A DNA stretch of 41,752 nucleotides. It comes from Nemertoderma westbladi. Lineage: Eukaryota > Animalia > Xenacoelomorpha. Each line of letters starts with the position of its first letter. The first letter of the stretch is position 1. The notes beneath the pieces are model-generated. The model was not told the origin of the DNA, ran no database searches, and saw only the letters and a program-made list of their open reading frames with translations. The stretch covers positions 1 to 41,752 of the forward strand of contig JAUCBJ010002596.1 in NCBI GenBank assembly GCA_032718475.1. Direction: 5' to 3'. Of the stretch, positions 36,353-41,752 are shown one piece after another. The position numbers and the translations under genes are program-made.

Positions 36353-38409
36353 TTATACAATAAATCGTAGGTTTCGGCCTTTCAAATGGCGGGTAACAAT
36401 TACATGTCCTTTCAGTTTTTAAGAGTTATAATAATAAATAGGTAAGGATAAAATATTACAAATCAAATACTGAAATACACTGCCAAATCTGAAAGTGTGT
36501 CACACAATCTGACAATACGAGCTACCGGCTGACCGGTACAGCACTTACAGTAAAACAACAGGTACCGTACATATTTATCAGTCTGACACTGCCAGTTAAT
36601 CCTGTAATCTACCCTATGCCCTACCAACCAACAGCTGAACAGTTGTCTTTATGCTTAAGATTAGGCCCTACGCCCCTACCCTAAACAAAACAGGTATCGA
36701 TACCGGTACCTTAAAATATTTGATGATCACATTCCTTCCCTATTCCCATGATATTCCTTTTTGTGGCGCAAGCCGCAAAAGTACCTACCGGTACCTATTT
36801 AATTAATTAATTAACCTAATTAATTCATTGACAATAAATTACTTTAATGTAGCGGTAGAAAAAATGAATTAATCTATTCCCAACAGCCTAATCCCAATCA
36901 CAAGCAGATAAATTAATTTATTGTCAGATTGTAGATATACCCCAGCCAGCAGGCCAGACTGGAATCTCTATGTATTATTGCAGTATTGCACGCCGGAGGT
37001 GCGCCGGGCGTAGAATAATTTGCGTCAACCGACACTGAATTTACGCCAACCAAAAAATATGTTCCTACAGTTAGCACATAAAACAGTAAAACGTGTGCAC
37101 AATGAACTGAAGAACGTTTAAAAACTAATATTAATTACGAATTATATCATTTAGAATTCAGGAATTGATTTATTAAGTTAATAATTTATACAGGCAGACA
37201 GGGGCGAATACAGAATATAAAATGTGTGAAATTACAGTAGATATACCCTACACACTTCAGCACACAATAACAGAATGAAAAATTACAGTCAGGCAATACC
37301 GGTAGATAAGACAGCAAGTACTGAAGTAGGCCTATAGTATTGCAGTATTGATCTGTATTACCCAAAAAAACACAAAAATACACAAAAAAATATAAAAAAT
37401 TACCGGTACACAAAAGAACACAAAAAATTACACAAAAAAACACAATATTACCCAAAACAATACAGCAATAAACGATAACCAAAGAACACAGGTTACAGTC
37501 TTATTTTTCCAACCCTGCAGCCCTGTCAGAGGTAGAATAAAATGTCTGTCCTTATCTGATCTGATCTGATCTGATGGCATCTGATCCTATAACCAATCAG
37601 AAGACAGAGATATAATATTGTATATAAGGTACTGTCTGACTGTCAGTTAGGTAAATAGCCAATAGGGGATCAGGTTGCTAAGTTACATCAGTAGGCCTAC
37701 ATAGCACCATGGATTGTGACATACTGACATACTGCAGTACTGTTACAACGGCATACTGCAGTACTGCTGTATTGGTATGCATCAGTAGGCATGGTAGGCG
37801 GATAGGCCTACAGCCTGACAGCATAAGTGATAGGTTTAGCCTATCTGCCTATACCACTATACTGCTATAGGCAGATAGGCCTAGCTTATGCAGTTACTTA
37901 CTGAGTTATGTACCGTACCCTACTGCAGTACTGTCAGACTGTTACCGGTACTTACCAGCTTACTATGGCAGGTTCCGCGTCGTTGGGTCCTTTGGTCGTT
38001 AGGTCCTGCGTCGTTAGGTCCTGCGTCTTTAGGTCCTGAGGCATTAGGTCCTGCGACATTAGGGCCTGCGTCATTAGGTCCTGTTGTGTCATATCGTGCG
38101 ACGTTAGGTCCTGTGGAGCGTCGTTAGGTCCTGCCTGCCTGCGTCGTTAGGTCCTGTATTCCACTACTGTACAGTGAACAGGCTGACAGCAGGACAGGTA
38201 CCGGTGTCCGGTAGGCCACTGTATACTGGTATACAAGGTATATCATCAGTATATGGCAATATCGTAGGTACCGGTAGTAGAAAGGGTAGGTCGGTACTGC
38301 AACGGCAGGTAGGCCAACCTACTGCCGTTGCGAGGCAGTGTGCTGGGGTGGTAGATCCTACAGTCTACCTATCTGGACACTGGACTGTGGGTGGGCTGTA
38401 CTGCAGTAG

Positions 38410-39575
38410 GCTGGAATCAGGAGGTCATTTGAACGAGATAGACGAAAAAATATACCCGTAATTGAAGATGTGGAAAACATACCGGATGACCTAAGGATCA
38501 CGTATCGGGCCAAGATTGCAAATGCTGGGGATGTGTTTGAAGACGAGTTAATGATCATTTATCAAAGCTCAGACCCGAGTCCATTAATTATCATGGGTAG
38601 CATTGAAAATCTGGGTTGGTTACATAATGCTCCGGATATAGTGTGCGATGGAAACTTCAAGTACAACCCTCTAAAACCACATCCCTTCAATCAACTGTAT
38701 ACTAATCATGGATTTGTGTCAGGGGAATGCATGCCTTTGTTTTATGCACTAACTTCTAATAAAGACACTGAAACGTATAGACAGATAGAATTATATTTAA
38801 GACATTTAGCGATAAGATGATTGAGAATTTTGGAGATGTCGGCTTGCCAGGAACCAACGCCTGCACTTGGCACCTTGACTATGAAGATGCAGCCATTGCC
38901 TCATGTAAGTTTATTTTCCCTGATGCTCGAATCAAGGCAGCAAGGGGTGTTCGTTTCATTTCGTCAAAGCTATTGTGTCGAAAATTGGAGAGTTAGGCCT
39001 GAGAACAGCCTACCGTGACAACCCCGCAGTAAAGAGGTGGATTCGAAGGGTTGTAGCTCTTTGTATGTGGTTCCTGTCCCGCTGTCCCCTTAGTGCTTCA
39101 TGTCTTCGAGCAATTAAAGACAGATGAACCAGTTGTAGGACCACCCGGCGATATACAATTACGTGTTTTCATTGACTACTTTGTGTGGTGGCTGCGCCCT
39201 GATATGTTAGAAATATGGAACCATTACGACAATAATGGACCACGAACGACCAACCATGCGGAAGGTTGTCATAATGCTCTGCGAACGCATTTCCACCACA
39301 AACATCCTGATTTAGGGGAGTTCCTGTTTGTTGTTCAACAACTTATTCACAACTGCGCAATTCGGGGACGTCAATTATTGGTTGGCACAGCTGTAGCCCA
39401 ACCAAAGCGACCAAGTTATCTACGAATTGATCGCGAAATAAAGTTGGCGAGGGATGATCTTGCTTCTAAATTGGACCACATGGCAGACAACATTATTCCA
39501 ATCCTAATACCCCAGCTACTGTATCCATACCTTGATCGAATGGAAAAGTTAGTCGCAGGGAAATCATTGCTGTAA
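38410..39575 (+). pseudogene. Frameshifted MULE DDE transposase
   Basis: CDGNFKY..PFNQLYT.HG..PLFYAL..K..ETY (first D), LDYEDAA (second D, about 38874, other frame), KGCSFHF (CxxH, about 38942) and WNHY..PRTTNHAEGCHNAL (E) are spread over several frames. No N-terminal DNA-binding domain is seen. Confidence 0.85.
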
Positions 39576-39952
39576 GGATCCAGTTCTTATTGTTGGATTA
39601 CTTCTTAACCGTGAACTTGAAAGAACTACTTAACTGAGTTATTTTTGTATACCGGTACCATTCAAAATCGTTCCAATTTTTACTTTAATCATTTATTCAT
39701 TCTTTATAGTGTTGTGTTTGTGTTATCATATGTTAATGTTGTTGAATATATGTGAAAATATGTGTTAGTAATGTTGAAGATAAAAGTAGTGCGGCTATTT
39801 GAATCAAGTTTTGAGTGGGCGTTTATTTGGGAGCGGGAGGGAGGGGGAACTTTTTTCTATTTATGTGAACTATTTTTGTAGGTCGTATGAGCAGTGCTCA
39901 TGGGAACTGTGCTAGTCAATTGGTTTAGGAGAATGGTTTAGGGACGCAGTAC

Positions 39953-40131
39953 TCGTCGCCATAGAACATTACAAGCCTCGTTGCGCTCGTCCTGTTTTAT
40001 CCGAAAATATATTTCATAACGTAGACTGACGATGAACTGAAGATAGACTGCAGATACACTGTCGTCACCATAGAACATTACAAGCCTCGTTGCGCTCGAC
40101 CTGTTTTAGTCGAAAATATTTCTCATAACGT
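39953..40131. repeat. About 70-bp direct duplication (offset 109 bp) inside the MULE
   Basis: tcgtc(g/a)ccatagaacattacaagcctcgttgcgctcg.cctgtttta..cgaaaatat...tcataacgt occurs at 39953 and 40062. Confidence 0.85.
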
Positions 40132-40740
40132 TAACTTTATAACTATGAAAAATGACAAAATGAAATGTGAAATGAAAAATTAAAAAAACTGAAAAATCTG
40201 GAAACCCCCCAATCGCCAAAGCCGCAGAGGACCTAATGACGCAGGACCTAACGACCAAAGGACCTAATGACGCTATTATAGAAGACCTAATGTCGCAGGA
40301 CCTAATGACGCAGGACTTAACGCCGCAGGACCTAATGCCGCAGGACCTAACGACCACTCACAGGACCTAATGACGCGGGACCTAACGACCAAAGGACCTA
40401 ATGACGCGTTACCCTATGGCAGTATGGTACTTACTGTAGGTAGTTACCGACCAACCGGTACCGGTACCTAACTGCCTGACTAAGCTAGATATAATTTTAA
40501 TGATTTAACAGTAAAAATAAATTGTAGGCCTATAGTTTAGTAGTTCAGTAGTTATGTCGCAGATACTGAAATACAAATACCGGTACCGGTACCTATCCAC
40601 TACCAGCTACCACGGTCAGACGGTAGTTCACAATTGCGGTAGTCAGGTAGTGGTACGTCTACGGTATCAAAAGGCGTGGTATTTACAGTAGCGCTAGTAA
40701 AGTAGGCCTACATTCCAGGTATCCCCGCTGTTGCAATGTT

Positions 40741-41149
40741 CTAAAAGTAAAGTAAAAAAGTTTCCATCTTGACCTTGCTGCATTGGCAGATCGGTGTACC
40801 GTAGTGATTGTGTATTGAATTCACATCTCTCGGATCGGAGGTTGTATGTTCAATCCCCGCATCGACCAGTGTAGTTTTCGTTTCAGCACGAATGATTTCG
40901 AACAGCCCGGCACGAATGCTTTCGAACTGCCCGGCACGAACAGCCAGGGCGCATCTTGGCCTTGCATGTCAGCATGTCCTAAAGTGGTAACTAAATGAGT
41001 ACCGGTACTGGAGTTTACTCTGAGGAGTATAGTTCCGGGGAGACCGCACTGGAAATAAGTCGTTAGACTTTGTGCATAATCCTTCAGTCATTGGTGGCTT
41101 AACGCAGTATCGGCCCAAGAAAATTTACTTTTTACTTTACTTATTTTTT
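40741..41149 (+). mobile_element. tRNA-derived SINE with (TTTAC)n tail and 19-bp TSD
   Basis: TSD TCCC(C/T)GCTGTTGCAATGTT at 40722-40740 and 41150-41168, differing only at a CpG. Degenerate A box, B box GTTCAATCCC (about 40848), AAATGAGTACC (Nin/Deu-domain-like, about 40994), tail TTTACTTTTTACTTTACTT. An internal 24-bp tandem duplication is at about 40886-40940. Confidence 0.8.
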
Positions 41150-41169
41150 TCCCTGCTGTTGCAATGTTA

Positions 41170-41428
41170 GGGAATAGGGGACCTAATCAATTTGGTGCAC
41201 ACCACTTGTGATTTTTTTTCAAAAATGCCCATTTATAGGGAAAGGAGCAGGTTACAGGGGCGGACTTTTCTAACCAAAACAATAAACGATCACTTTACCA
41301 ATTGAGGGAAACCATATGGTCAGACACAGACAGTCAGTCAGTAATCACATGGTCAGACAGTCAATAGTCACTCTATAACCAAAAAAATCAGGCAGTCAAG
41401 TGGTGTGCACCAAATTGATTTGAGCGCC
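41170..41428. mobile_element. MITE with 24-bp perfect subterminal inverted repeat
   Basis: AATCAATTTGGTGCACACCACTTG (41185-41208) / CAAGTGGTGTGCACCAAATTGATT (41397-41420). Candidate 8-bp TSD CAATGTTA (41162-41169, 41429-41436). Confidence 0.7.
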
Positions 41429-41627
41429 CAATGTTATGTTAGTCTAGTACTGTATTAGGGTACCCGGGGTAGGCCTAGTCAGCTAGTAAAACTGTTCTGT
41501 TAACCTAAATATATAATATTATTATATATAGACCTAATCTCCTCAATACTGTAATGGAAAATAGCTGGGAATGGGAGAGTGTTCTGAGAACTCCAACTCC
41601 ACCAAGGCCTAAGAGGGCAAAACTTAC

Positions 41628-41752
41628 TTGCAGTATAATGGAGGGCGATGGGTTGTTGCAAAGTGATGATGCCGTTATCCCTTCACCACCGGTTTCACAA
41701 TCATCGATAACTTCGGACAATGATTTTTTTGATGAAACTTTACCATGGGCCA
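41628..41752 (-). other. Possible exon running off the window end
   Basis: Strong donor CAA|GTAAGT on the minus strand at 41628. One frame is open to the window edge (AHGKVSSKKSLSEVIDDCETGGEG...IILQ). No recognisable homology. Confidence 0.3.

Larger units (their letters stand above)
37971..40413 (+). mobile_element. Mutator-like (MULE) DNA transposon, 2.44 kb, defective
   Basis: Ends GGTTCCGCGTC.../...GACGCGTTACC. 8-bp TSD CTATGGCA (37963-37970, 40414-40421). The TIRs are built from 15-bp tandem units GCGTCGTTAGGTCCT (37977-38156; inverted 40225-40407). Confidence 0.9.

Noticed and set aside
41628-41752. Direct upstream coding exon of TENT4
   Set aside because: The open frame ends in phase 0 while the acceptor at 36348 needs phase 1, and the phase-1 frame contains a TGA. 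It could still be UTR, join via another exon, or belong to another gene.

Overview
This is AT-rich, intron-containing metazoan genomic DNA, probably from a marine invertebrate (the taxon is inferred, not shown). It holds two host genes. The first is the last five exons of an SSUH2-like CxxCxGxG zinc-finger gene (+ strand, 137-6347, ending in the CaaX box CTIL). The second is a TENT4/PAPD5-7 (Trf4) non-canonical poly(A) polymerase whose recognisable coding region lies in one 1.9-kb ORF (- strand, 34421-36348). The rest is mostly repeats: a 26-bp and a 36-bp minisatellite, several MITE/foldback elements, tRNA-derived SINEs, a decayed MULE and a nested cluster. In the cluster, a 5'-truncated RTE-type LINE (17761-27379) is split by a hAT-like foldback (8-bp TSD) and by a 6.6-kb element (20023-26621). 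That element has Polinton/Maverick-type ends (AGTAGTAG termini, 6-bp TSD AACGGC, kb-long TIRs) but no Polinton core genes. Instead it carries one intact gene (zinc finger, acidic tract, coiled coil) with a well-spaced CCAAT/TATA/Inr promoter. Its arms carry tRNA-like Pol III units, CTCF-like motifs and palindromic 22-bp arrays. It is the most interesting object in the window.
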